The translations under genes and the position numbers were made by a program. A stretch of DNA of 64,000 nucleotides. It comes from an uncultured Burkholderiales bacterium. Lineage in GTDB: Bacteria; Pseudomonadota; Gammaproteobacteria; Burkholderiales; CAZDFJ01. Shown one piece after another: positions 43,543 through 51,741 of this stretch. Location: NCBI GenBank assembly GCA_964504875.1, contig CAZDFJ010000005.1, positions 23,225 to 87,224 of the forward strand, in the 5' to 3' direction. The notes under the pieces were generated by a model. The model was given only the letters and a program-made list of their open reading frames with translations. It had not been told where the DNA came from and did no database searches. Positions within the stretch are counted from its first letter, which is position 1, and every line of letters starts with the position of its first letter.

Positions 43543-43638
43543 ATAGATAAAAAGCTTGTCTATTATATACGTTTTACAAAAAAAAGACAGTTTTTTATTT
43601 GATTTGTCTGGATAGATTTTGTCTTATTTTTATAGATA
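43543..43638 (+). promoter_or_regulatory. cluster of repeated TTGTCT and ATAGAT(A) hexamers (candidate operator array)
   Basis: ATAGAT(A) at 43543, 43612 and 43632; TTGTCT at 43556, 43604 and 43619. Includes the inverted repeat TAATAGA-N11-TCTATTA. Lies 120-215 nt upstream of the 43758 ORF. Confidence 0.3.
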
Positions 43639-43757
43639 AAACATATTTATCACGATAACACAGTCATATCAAAGAGGATTCTTTTATTTTGATTTTTTGT
43701 TATTAACAATATGTAAAAGACTTGTTTATTTACTTTCTCTTTGGATAGTCCAAAAAT

Positions 43758-45029
43758 ATGTACTCTTGGTTTCAGCCGCATACGCATTTTTTTATGGTAC
43801 ATGGAGAAATCTTTGATCATTTTTGTGGTGCCGATTTGGTGATGCGCACCCTTGATGAAAGTCTCATTTTACATTTAGAAACGATAGGGTACCGTCGTTT
43901 TTTTGGTTTTGCAGAACAGAATCAAAGTTTTAAATGTTTCGCGTATAATCTTGAATCATTAGAATGGTTTAATTTTGTGTTTCAAACTTATCAGAGTTTA
44001 TGTGTCGGATCGGCTCTGAATTACGAAGCCACTTTCCGCTTATTAAAAAAAATGTTCAATCGGGCCCATGACACTGTCTTTTTCATTAAAAGCCCACTTT
44101 TTATAGAAAGACTGGGATATGCTCATTTTGATGAGTTAATTCAATGGGAACTCACTTTAACACAGACAAATCTTATTATTCTCATTCAACCCCAACCTTT
44201 AGAAAACGAACGCTGGCAGACGCTTATTCAACCAGCTAAACAAAATTTGATTCACATTAGTACACCTTATCCTGACGAAATATTACATTTGATTTTACGG
44301 ATTCAATTAAACGATTCGTCTCGAACGTTAATCACACATGGTCAATGGACTAGTTTATCACAGCAAGCTTTTCAGCTCTATGCGCAGTTTTCTCAAAGTG
44401 AGCTCTTTCCACTTAAACGACTTTCTTTACTTTATGCAGCATTACGTAAAAGATTGATTCGTCTTGAGCCAAATCAAGGACTTTATGCTTTAAAAAGCCT
44501 GACTTCCCCTGAAATAGTCAAAAAGGTGGAAAAAAAAATAGATCTTTTTCAGAAAAAATGGCTTAAACTTCATCAAGACACAATACAGCGCCTATTACCC
44601 TCTCAAGATCGTCATTTTATTTACCATACATTAGGTATATATCGTCAATTTGATTTAGATAAATTGAAACAGTTTGTGACGCGTTTTGCACAAGCCTATT
44701 ACGAAAGCGGATTATTAGCGTCAAAACATTGTGTCTTTTTTTTGGCGACGCAATTATTAGGTTCTTCTATTGAAGAAACTGAGCAGCGGACACGTCTTGC
44801 GATCCAAAAAGCACAAGGAGGCGTCCTTTGTTTATTTAAACTTGAATTATTGACTCAAGAAATGTATGGAAAGGACGTTATTCGAGAATTAATTCGTATG
44901 ACACAGCGGAACGAAAAACCCTTACACGTGCTCGGTTGGACGCAACGATATACGGAAAAAACACTGATTCAATTGGATTCGCGTATTTTTGAGTTTTTCC
45001 TTCCGCAAGAAGCCCTTGTTCTCTCATAA
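43758..45029 (+). CDS. hypothetical protein with two tandem degenerate AAA+-like (CbbX/SpoVK-type) halves
   Basis: C-terminal half: GGVLCLFKLE (cf. GGVLFIDEAY) and PLHVLGWTQRY...LDSRIFEFFLPQ (cf. AGY...NPGL.SRF...F.dy). N-terminal half: TVFFIKSP, NLIILIQ and IHISTPYPDEILHLILR. No GxxxxGK[ST] occurs in either half. Confidence 0.55.
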   Translation: MYSWFQPHTHFFMVHGEIFDHFCGADLVMRTLDESLILHLETIGYRRFFGFAEQNQSFKCFAYNLESLEWFNFVFQTYQSLCVGSALNYEATFRLLKKMFNRAHDTVFFIKSPLFIERLGYAHFDELIQWELTLTQTNLIILIQPQPLENERWQTLIQPAKQNLIHISTPYPDEILHLILRIQLNDSSRTLITHGQWTSLSQQAFQLYAQFSQSELFPLKRLSLLYAALRKRLIRLEPNQGLYALKSLTSPEIVKKVEKKIDLFQKKWLKLHQDTIQRLLPSQDRHFIYHTLGIYRQFDLDKLKQFVTRFAQAYYESGLLASKHCVFFLATQLLGSSIEETEQRTRLAIQKAQGGVLCLFKLELLTQEMYGKDVIRELIRMTQRNEKPLHVLGWTQRYTEKTLIQLDSRIFEFFLPQEALVLS

Positions 45030-45059
45030 TCTTTTTTACTTGTAAAATATATAAAAAAA

Positions 45060-46565
45060 ATGACAATTTTGTTGTGTCGATATCGACATGTTTTTACAGG
45101 GTTCTTTTTCTGTTTATTATCATGGTTTTCGCTGATAAGTCATGCAAATTCAGTGGAGATTCCCCAAAAACGTGTAGCTTTGGTCATAGGAAATAGCCAA
45201 TATGAAAATGAGAAATATTATTTGCCCAATGCAGTGAATGATGCCAAAGCCATTCAAGAAGTGCTGCGGCGTTTGGGTTTTGAAGTCACATTTATTGAAG
45301 ATGTTCGTAAAACGCATATGGCAAAAATCTTAATTGATTTTTCAAAAAAAATGGATCATGCCGAAAATGGTATTTTCTTTTATGCCGGCCATGCTTTTGA
45401 AGTGAATCATCACAATTATTTGGTTCCTGTAGATGCACGGGCGATTCCCGTCAAAGATCAAGCAGAATTACAATTACATCTCAAAAGTGATTTTATCGAT
45501 TTTAATGATATTTTAGAAGTTTTAAAAAAAAATCAGACTGTTAAAAACCGGGCCAATTTAATTTTTTTGGACGCCTGCCGTGACAACCCTTGGCGCGAGG
45601 CTTTGCAAAACAAAAAACGGGCCATTATGACAGAAACACATTTTGCTCCCATCGTTGCCGCGCCTGGAAACCATATTTATTATTCAACACAAAGTGGGAC
45701 GCAAGCTTATGATGCTTCTAATAGAGATAATCAACATAGTCCTTATACTGAAGCACTCTTAGAATATATGCAAAAATATCGCTATATTGATGTCCAAATT
45801 TTACAAAAATATCTCAAAAAACATGTCAAAGAACTCACCCAACATGAAGAAGAAGGCGCACAAATTCCACAATATGTTTCACTGAATGTGCCCGCAGATT
45901 TAGAGCAAAAAAAGACAGCAAAATGGGGAATAATAACAGGGGGGTTGATTGGAAGTAGTGGTCTTTTCGTTTTGGTTTTATATTGGAGAAAACATCAAAA
46001 ATCAGTGCAGCAGACCAATCAAGAAGCCCATTTAGCAGAGACAGACTCACCACAAGAAGCAGAAACCTTGCTTAATCAGGCGAAACATCACTATCAAAAT
46101 CAAGACTACGCTTCCGCTATTGCGCAGTATAACGCGATTCTCACAAAATATCCGACATTAACGCTGGCTTATTATGGTCGTGCAAAAGCGTATGATCATT
46201 TAGGCAAGTATGCGCTGGCACAGACGGATTATACTCACGCATTGCGCGCTCATCCACAAGAAGCAAATTTTTATTATCGCCGTGGATCGTGTGCAATGAA
46301 ACTGAAACAACTGCAGCAAGCTCAGTCTGATTATGAAGCCGCTATTCGTTGTGATCAACGTTATTTTGCAGCCTACGCCGCATTAGGGGCACTGTACTAC
46401 GGGCAAAATCAATATGAACAAGCATTAGAACAATATAATTGGGCGATTGCATTAAATCCACGGTCTGCGCGGTATTATCAAATGCGGGCGCATATCAAAA
46501 CAAAATTGGGAGATCTGAGCGGCGCGGAAAAGGACCAGCACATAGCCAAAGAAATCACGATTTAA
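45060..46565 (+). CDS. caspase-like (peptidase C14) protein with N-terminal signal/anchor, central TM helix and C-terminal TPR repeats
   Basis: RVALVIGNSQY...LPNAVNDA; catalytic His in FFYAGHAF and Cys in IFLDACRDNPW. TM WGIITGGLIGSSGLFVLVLYW, then about 4-5 TPR units (YYGRAKAYDHLGKYALAQTDYTHALRAHP etc.). Confidence 0.8.
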   Translation: MTILLCRYRHVFTGFFFCLLSWFSLISHANSVEIPQKRVALVIGNSQYENEKYYLPNAVNDAKAIQEVLRRLGFEVTFIEDVRKTHMAKILIDFSKKMDHAENGIFFYAGHAFEVNHHNYLVPVDARAIPVKDQAELQLHLKSDFIDFNDILEVLKKNQTVKNRANLIFLDACRDNPWREALQNKKRAIMTETHFAPIVAAPGNHIYYSTQSGTQAYDASNRDNQHSPYTEALLEYMQKYRYIDVQILQKYLKKHVKELTQHEEEGAQIPQYVSLNVPADLEQKKTAKWGIITGGLIGSSGLFVLVLYWRKHQKSVQQTNQEAHLAETDSPQEAETLLNQAKHHYQNQDYASAIAQYNAILTKYPTLTLAYYGRAKAYDHLGKYALAQTDYTHALRAHPQEANFYYRRGSCAMKLKQLQQAQSDYEAAIRCDQRYFAAYAALGALYYGQNQYEQALEQYNWAIALNPRSARYYQMRAHIKTKLGDLSGAEKDQHIAKEITI

Positions 46566-47608
46566 TGACTGGCAGAAAGAGCATGACTCAACAATTTAGC
46601 CGTCATATCCACAATTGGAATCATTTTTTCATAATTCATGCGCATAGGCCCAATCACACCTAATGTGCCGACAACTTGATGATTAATTTCATATTGGGAA
46701 GTAATCATACTACAAGCTTGAATAGGCATCAGTTCGTTTTCACCCCCAATAAAAATATGGACCCCTTGCGCTTTTTGGCCCGCATCGAGCAAAGCCAACA
46801 GTTTGTTTTTTTGTTCCAGAAGTTCAAAAAGTTGGCTGAGCTGCCCCATATTGTGGGTTAAATCTTGAGAACGTAATAAATTACTTTCACCGCTGATGAT
46901 ATATTCTTCGCGTTCTTGTTGGACCATTTCTTGACTTAAAGAAACCGCCGTTTTGAGCAAATCCATAATATGATGTTGCAATGAACTAAGTTCCCGTTGT
47001 AACGTGTTCATCATTTGGTGAAATTCTTGATTCGCATAGTGGGCATTAATACAATTTGCTGCCTGAATCAGTTCGTTTTGTGAATAATTTTGGGCGGTCA
47101 TCAAAATTTTATTTTGAATTTCACCATTTGTCATGACAATAATCAACAAAACGCGATTTTCATTTAGGCGAATAAATTCAAGCTGCTTAAACGTCGCTAT
47201 TCTTTTGCGCGGCAACATGACCACTCCAGCAAAGTGCGTGAGTTCTGAAAGCGCGTGAGAAGTGGATAAAATTAATTCTTGAGGAGATAAGGCAATATGC
47301 TGTGTCGTTTCTTTTTGAAAAAGATAGGATTCTAAACGTTGTGTTGCTACAAGATCTAAAGGTTGAACCGTCAATAATGAGTCAATAAAAAAGCGATAGC
47401 CTTTCGCGGTCGGGATTCTTCCTGCGGATGTATGCGGACTGAGTAAATAACCGGCTTCTTCAAGTTGGCCCATAATATTTCGAATGGTGGCCGCGCTAAT
47501 ATCTAATCCAGCATGTTTGGCAAGGGTTTGTGAACCAACAGGTTGCCCCTCACGAATATGTCGTTCTACCAGTGTTTTTAATAAAATTTGCGCACGTTTT
47601 GTCAGCAT
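46562..47608 (-). CDS. hrcA: heat-inducible transcription repressor HrcA
   Basis: MLTKRAQILLKTLVERHIREGQPVGSQTLA...ATIRNIMGQLEEAGYL. Confidence 0.93.
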   Translation of the reverse strand: MLTKRAQILLKTLVERHIREGQPVGSQTLAKHAGLDISAATIRNIMGQLEEAGYLLSPHTSAGRIPTAKGYRFFIDSLLTVQPLDLVATQRLESYLFQKETTQHIALSPQELILSTSHALSELTHFAGVVMLPRKRIATFKQLEFIRLNENRVLLIIVMTNGEIQNKILMTAQNYSQNELIQAANCINAHYANQEFHQMMNTLQRELSSLQHHIMDLLKTAVSLSQEMVQQEREEYIISGESNLLRSQDLTHNMGQLSQLFELLEQKNKLLALLDAGQKAQGVHIFIGGENELMPIQACSMITSQYEINHQVVGTLGVIGPMRMNYEKMIPIVDMTAKLLSHALSASH

Positions 47609-47723
47609 AGGGACTTATTTCATCATTTTTGTACGATCTAAAAAAGAACTGCTCTTTATTAAAATGGCTTGTCTTTGTCTTGTTTCAAGGTAATTTGCCC
47701 ATTTTTTATTTTTGTGTCCTTTT

Positions 47724-48380
47724 TTATTCTAAAATATCCGCTCCTTTTGGTGGATTGAACTTAAATTGTGTCTGATCTATTTTGGGATTTTGTTGCATAT
47801 GATGAAATAATATTTGCGTTTTTTGTCCAAACGCATCTTCAATAAACATCGCTGCTAATTGAGCCTGTTTGGCCGAACTCATTTTGAATCCTAAACGAAT
47901 TTTTTCAAATTGTTTTTCTTGCCCGCGGGGCGTTGCTTCAAGCCAAATGAGCCCTTTATTTTCCCCTAATTCAACAAAATTAAATTTTTTTTCTAAATCC
48001 GCTTCGCCAGCTAGAAAACTAGCGGGCGTTTGTCCTAATGCGTCGCTTAGTTTTTTTACAGTCACTTGATTCAGATCGGGATCATAAACCCATACGCGTT
48101 GTCCATCACCTACAATATGTTGTGTATTTGGCGGCGCGACATCCCAACGAAACAAATTAGGGCGAAATAATGACAATTTTCCTGTGCTATTTTGGATAGA
48201 TTGACCTTGTTTATTAGAAACATGTTGCTCGAATTGTGCCGTCAATGTACGCGTTTCGGTAATAAAATTTTTTAGCAAGAACAGACCTGACGCCGCGTGC
48301 ACAGAGGTTAGACTCATTCCTAAACTACACAATAGGGAAAAAACAAATTTAAAAATCCATGGATATTTTTGTTTTTTCAT
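47724..48380 (-). CDS. lolA: outer-membrane lipoprotein carrier protein LolA
   Basis: Signal peptide followed by a LolA-like fold sequence (LTAQFEQHV..., RVWVYDPDLNQVTV). Confidence 0.88.
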   Translation of the reverse strand: MKKQKYPWIFKFVFSLLCSLGMSLTSVHAASGLFLLKNFITETRTLTAQFEQHVSNKQGQSIQNSTGKLSLFRPNLFRWDVAPPNTQHIVGDGQRVWVYDPDLNQVTVKKLSDALGQTPASFLAGEADLEKKFNFVELGENKGLIWLEATPRGQEKQFEKIRLGFKMSSAKQAQLAAMFIEDAFGQKTQILFHHMQQNPKIDQTQFKFNPPKGADILE

Positions 48381-48910
48381 TAGCGATCGCCCCCGCGTTT
48401 TAAGACATCCAACCCTTCTTCTTTATTAAAAATTGCTGTTTTACTGGGACAAAAATATTCTTTATAGAGTGTCAAATGGGGATTATTGCCTGCTTTAAAT
48501 TCAATTTCTTCCCATTGTATCAACTGGTTTTTCATCCAATGGTATTTTTTTTGCATATCTTTAATAGCAAAAGCATAGCGTTTTACTGATTTTGTTTCAC
48601 AACGTAATCCTTCATACGCAATATTTTGTACGCCTTGAGGCGAACGACTCACTAAAACGTAACGCACGACTCTGTCTTTATCAACAGATAAAGAGGCAGA
48701 ATCAATAAAAAATTGATGCGTTTCTGTTGCACTACTGACAAAAGGAATCAGATTTTTTTCTTCTGGGAGCGGCGGTAATGTAATATTTGTTTCTTCTTGC
48801 CAAGGAGGCGGTTCAACATATGCATGGGCCTGATTGATAGCCCCACCAAAAAAGAGACCTAGAGATAAGAGCTTCAACAACGTATCCCGTGCAATACAAA
48901 TCATTGACAT
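48380..48910 (-). CDS. CNP1-like periplasmic protein
   Basis: Signal peptide ...GGAINQAHA; FFIDSASLSVDKDRVVRYVLV...GVQNIAYEGLRCET resembles the CNP1-like family as I recall it. Its stop overlaps the lolA start (TAATG). Confidence 0.65.
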   Translation of the reverse strand: MSMICIARDTLLKLLSLGLFFGGAINQAHAYVEPPPWQEETNITLPPLPEEKNLIPFVSSATETHQFFIDSASLSVDKDRVVRYVLVSRSPQGVQNIAYEGLRCETKSVKRYAFAIKDMQKKYHWMKNQLIQWEEIEFKAGNNPHLTLYKEYFCPSKTAIFNKEEGLDVLKRGGDR

Positions 48911-48944
48911 GTTTTTTCCATATACAATATGATTAATTTCTTTC

Positions 48945-50699
48945 CTAAGGTAAAGGATAGAATAACTCAATGTGATAATTAATCGCTTGTAATTGATTTA
49001 ATTTTAAATGAATTTGGACTTGTGTTTCTTGCTTACTGGGTAAGCCTCGCTTGAGGACTTTCAGATCGTGATTAAGATTTAAATATTCAGTTGGATGAAC
49101 AAACCGGCGCCCGACCACTTGCCCTTGGTTATTGCTCAGCTCTAACATAATACTTGGAAAGGTGACTGCATAGGCCGCGTGATTCGCCAATGTAATATGT
49201 AAAGTGACCATATCTGTTGCATTGACATGGGCTTGCTCCATATCTGAGCCCACCACCGCTAATTGCTCTAATACTCGCGGCGGATCCATATCACATCCTA
49301 TTATGCCACAAGAAGTTTCAAAAAAAGGCTTCATTGTCGGATAGAGATTGATTAAATCCATCCTAAAAAAGAACAATGATTGGAACAGTAAAATAAAACT
49401 ACTCACTACACTGAGAATCAGCCAATATTTTCTTTTGGGATCGGTTTGTTTTTCTTCTGTTGTGTCAACAGAAACGAAAACGAGGGGATCTTCCTGTTTT
49501 TTTGCTAAATCGACAGGCGGCAATTCAGGAGAAATCGGTTCTTGTGGAGGAGATTCTATTTTAAATTCTTCTAAATCAACAACCGCGCTACTCTCAAGAG
49601 GGCTGTCTAATGCCGGATCAGGGGGCGAGGCGACCGCCTCTTTTTTTTCTTCATCAAAATCCAAAGAAAAATCTAACGCGGGCTTTTCTTGTTTTTTTGC
49701 CTCACTCTCTTCTAAATCCAAATTCAGATCATAAAGGGGCGTTTTTTCAGTGTCTTTCTTTTCAGCTGTGCCCTCAAAATCATCCGAAAAATCCGGTGCG
49801 GGCCCTTGTTCTTCTGTTTTCTCTTCTTCCTCATCATCCTCAATTGGAATCGCTTCAAACTCAATAGTACTAAACAAGTCATCATCTTGAATAGATTGCG
49901 GCAGCGTATTTTTTTTCGGAATTTCTATAGGGGGCGGCGGCACAGCAGGGGCTTCTGCCTTTATCTCTGGTGAGCTTGGCACAACTGGCGGGACAATCGG
50001 TGCAGGTGTTTCCTGTTGCTTAGGTTTTTTTAAAGGCACAACTGTATGACTTGTTGTTTTTTCTTTTTCTTCAACCGGTTTTTGTTCTCCAGAATCAGAA
50101 GGCGTGTGATCATTAGCTGCTTCTGTTTTCATGAGCGCCGCAGGAATTTGCTCAGTGGCTTCTTTATTTTTTTCTTTAGCAAGCTTATCAGCACGTAATC
50201 CATTAAGCATACTATCAAAATCAAATTCCCCTGTATTGTCGGGAGTGCCTGAGCGAAAGGCATTCGACAGATCGTTTGCCTCAAGCGGGGGCGGATTTTC
50301 GCCCCATTGTTTTTGTTCTTCAGCAAAACTACTTGCAAAACCTTGATAGCGTCTCCGTGGCGGGATTGTCGCCTCTAGATCTTCTGTATTTTTAGTTTTG
50401 TTTTCAATAATCTCTTTTGAAGGCGGTTCTGCTTTCTTTGTGACAGGAGTGTCCCCTTCTTCTTTTTTACTTGGAACAGGGGGAGGGGCGGCCTCAAGTG
50501 GGGACGAAACAGGCGGCGCTTTAGCGACTGGAGGCGGCGTAATCTTTTCTAAAGAAGATTTCGCATTAAAAATTTGTCCACACGATCCACAACGTACCTG
50601 CCCTTGTCGGGCTTGGAGTTGCGCTTCATTAATTTTGAAACGCGTATGACAAGCAGGACATGTCGTACGAAAGAAATTTGTGGAAGGTGTGGTTGACAT
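48945..50699 (-). CDS. MJ0042-type zinc-ribbon / DUF3426 protein with a long acidic, Pro-rich linker
   Basis: N-terminus TCPACHTRFKI...VRCGSCGQIFNA, a roughly 350-aa low-complexity region, a TM (YWLILSVVSSFILLFQSLFFF) and a C-terminal DUF3426-like domain. Lies next to prmA. Confidence 0.75.
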   Translation of the reverse strand: MSTTPSTNFFRTTCPACHTRFKINEAQLQARQGQVRCGSCGQIFNAKSSLEKITPPPVAKAPPVSSPLEAAPPPVPSKKEEGDTPVTKKAEPPSKEIIENKTKNTEDLEATIPPRRRYQGFASSFAEEQKQWGENPPPLEANDLSNAFRSGTPDNTGEFDFDSMLNGLRADKLAKEKNKEATEQIPAALMKTEAANDHTPSDSGEQKPVEEKEKTTSHTVVPLKKPKQQETPAPIVPPVVPSSPEIKAEAPAVPPPPIEIPKKNTLPQSIQDDDLFSTIEFEAIPIEDDEEEEKTEEQGPAPDFSDDFEGTAEKKDTEKTPLYDLNLDLEESEAKKQEKPALDFSLDFDEEKKEAVASPPDPALDSPLESSAVVDLEEFKIESPPQEPISPELPPVDLAKKQEDPLVFVSVDTTEEKQTDPKRKYWLILSVVSSFILLFQSLFFFRMDLINLYPTMKPFFETSCGIIGCDMDPPRVLEQLAVVGSDMEQAHVNATDMVTLHITLANHAAYAVTFPSIMLELSNNQGQVVGRRFVHPTEYLNLNHDLKVLKRGLPSKQETQVQIHLKLNQLQAINYHIELFYPLP

Positions 50700-50752
50700 A
50701 CGTAATTTTGTTTTTCAAATAAAAATTAAAAAAGATGATTGACAATAAGTGA

Positions 50753-51709
50753 TTATTTCACTTTTTGACCAACAAGACAAACCCATCCTTGTTCTTCATA
50801 AGCCACTTCTAAGGGTAAAAAAGCAGCATACGTTTCTTGAACCGAAGCAGTTTGCTCTTTTAGGATCCCAGACAAAATAATCCATCCATTTGGCTTTAAA
50901 GAAGCTGTCAGAATAGGCGCTAAAACTTTTAAAGGATTCGCCAAAATGTTAGCCACAACCAACTCTGCGTAAGGCATTTTTTCTTCTAATGTTCGATAGG
51001 CTTGTCCCCGAGGCAAATAAAACGCCACTTTGTCAGCAACAGCATTAATTTCAGCATTGCTATGACTGGCCTCAACCGCAAGGGGATCAATATCTACGCC
51101 TGTTGCTTCTAATTGTACAGCGTATCGTTGTGCTAATTTTAACGCTGCAATTGCTAAAATACCAGAGCCGCATCCATAATCCAACAAATGATAAGACGTA
51201 TTTTTGCTTGCTTTTGTTGCAAAGTAGTCATCCAGCCATGTTAAACATAATTTTGTTGTCGGATGGCTTCCTGTTCCAAATGCTAAACCTGGGTCGAGAA
51301 TTAAATTGACCGCATCAGGATCAGGAGTCGTATGCCATGATGGCACGATCCAGAGTCGTGGAGAAATTTGAATTGGATCAAACTGAGATTGAGTGAGTCG
51401 TACCCAATCTTGCTCTTCAACTTCAATGACTTGATAATTCAATGCCCCAAAAGCATAAGTTGTTTCTAATTCATGAATCAAGTCTGCCACTTGTGCATCG
51501 CGTTCTAAAAAAGCGCGCACAATCGATTCTTCCCAGTAGCGAGGCTCATCAACAGGCATATTAGGCTCGCCAAAAATGGCTTGTTCTTGTTCTGTTTCCG
51601 CATGCGCATCTTCAATACTCGCACTCATTGCACCGAGTTCAAGCAATGCATCACACAATGCTTCTGCATTTTCTGCATCAGTATAAATCGAAAGGGAAAG
51701 CCAAGACAT
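50753..51709 (-). CDS. prmA: ribosomal protein L11 methyltransferase
   Basis: AFGTGSHPTTKLCL and LDYGCGSGILAIAA motifs. Start at MSWLSLSIYT. Confidence 0.93.
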   Translation of the reverse strand: MSWLSLSIYTDAENAEALCDALLELGAMSASIEDAHAETEQEQAIFGEPNMPVDEPRYWEESIVRAFLERDAQVADLIHELETTYAFGALNYQVIEVEEQDWVRLTQSQFDPIQISPRLWIVPSWHTTPDPDAVNLILDPGLAFGTGSHPTTKLCLTWLDDYFATKASKNTSYHLLDYGCGSGILAIAALKLAQRYAVQLEATGVDIDPLAVEASHSNAEINAVADKVAFYLPRGQAYRTLEEKMPYAELVVANILANPLKVLAPILTASLKPNGWIILSGILKEQTASVQETYAAFLPLEVAYEEQGWVCLVGQKVK

Positions 51710-51741
51710 ACGTTTTGTTCTCATTCCTCAAAATAAAAAAA

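Noticed and set aside
45075-45088. Perfect 14-bp palindrome TGTCGATATCGACA at codons 6-10 of the caspase gene.
   Set aside because: A spacer-less 7+7 palindrome is expected about 64000/4^7, or roughly 4 times, per window by chance. There is no supporting second copy.
46562-46565. 4-nt convergent overlap of the caspase-TPR and hrcA stop codons, with no terminator between them.
   Set aside because: Convergent stop-codon overlaps are common in compact genomes. It is noted as context for the module, not as a separate signal.
47609-47723. CIRCE operator (TTAGCACTC-N9-GAGTGCTAA) expected near hrcA or the heat-shock genes.
   Set aside because: No match was seen upstream of hrcA or hslV in this window.
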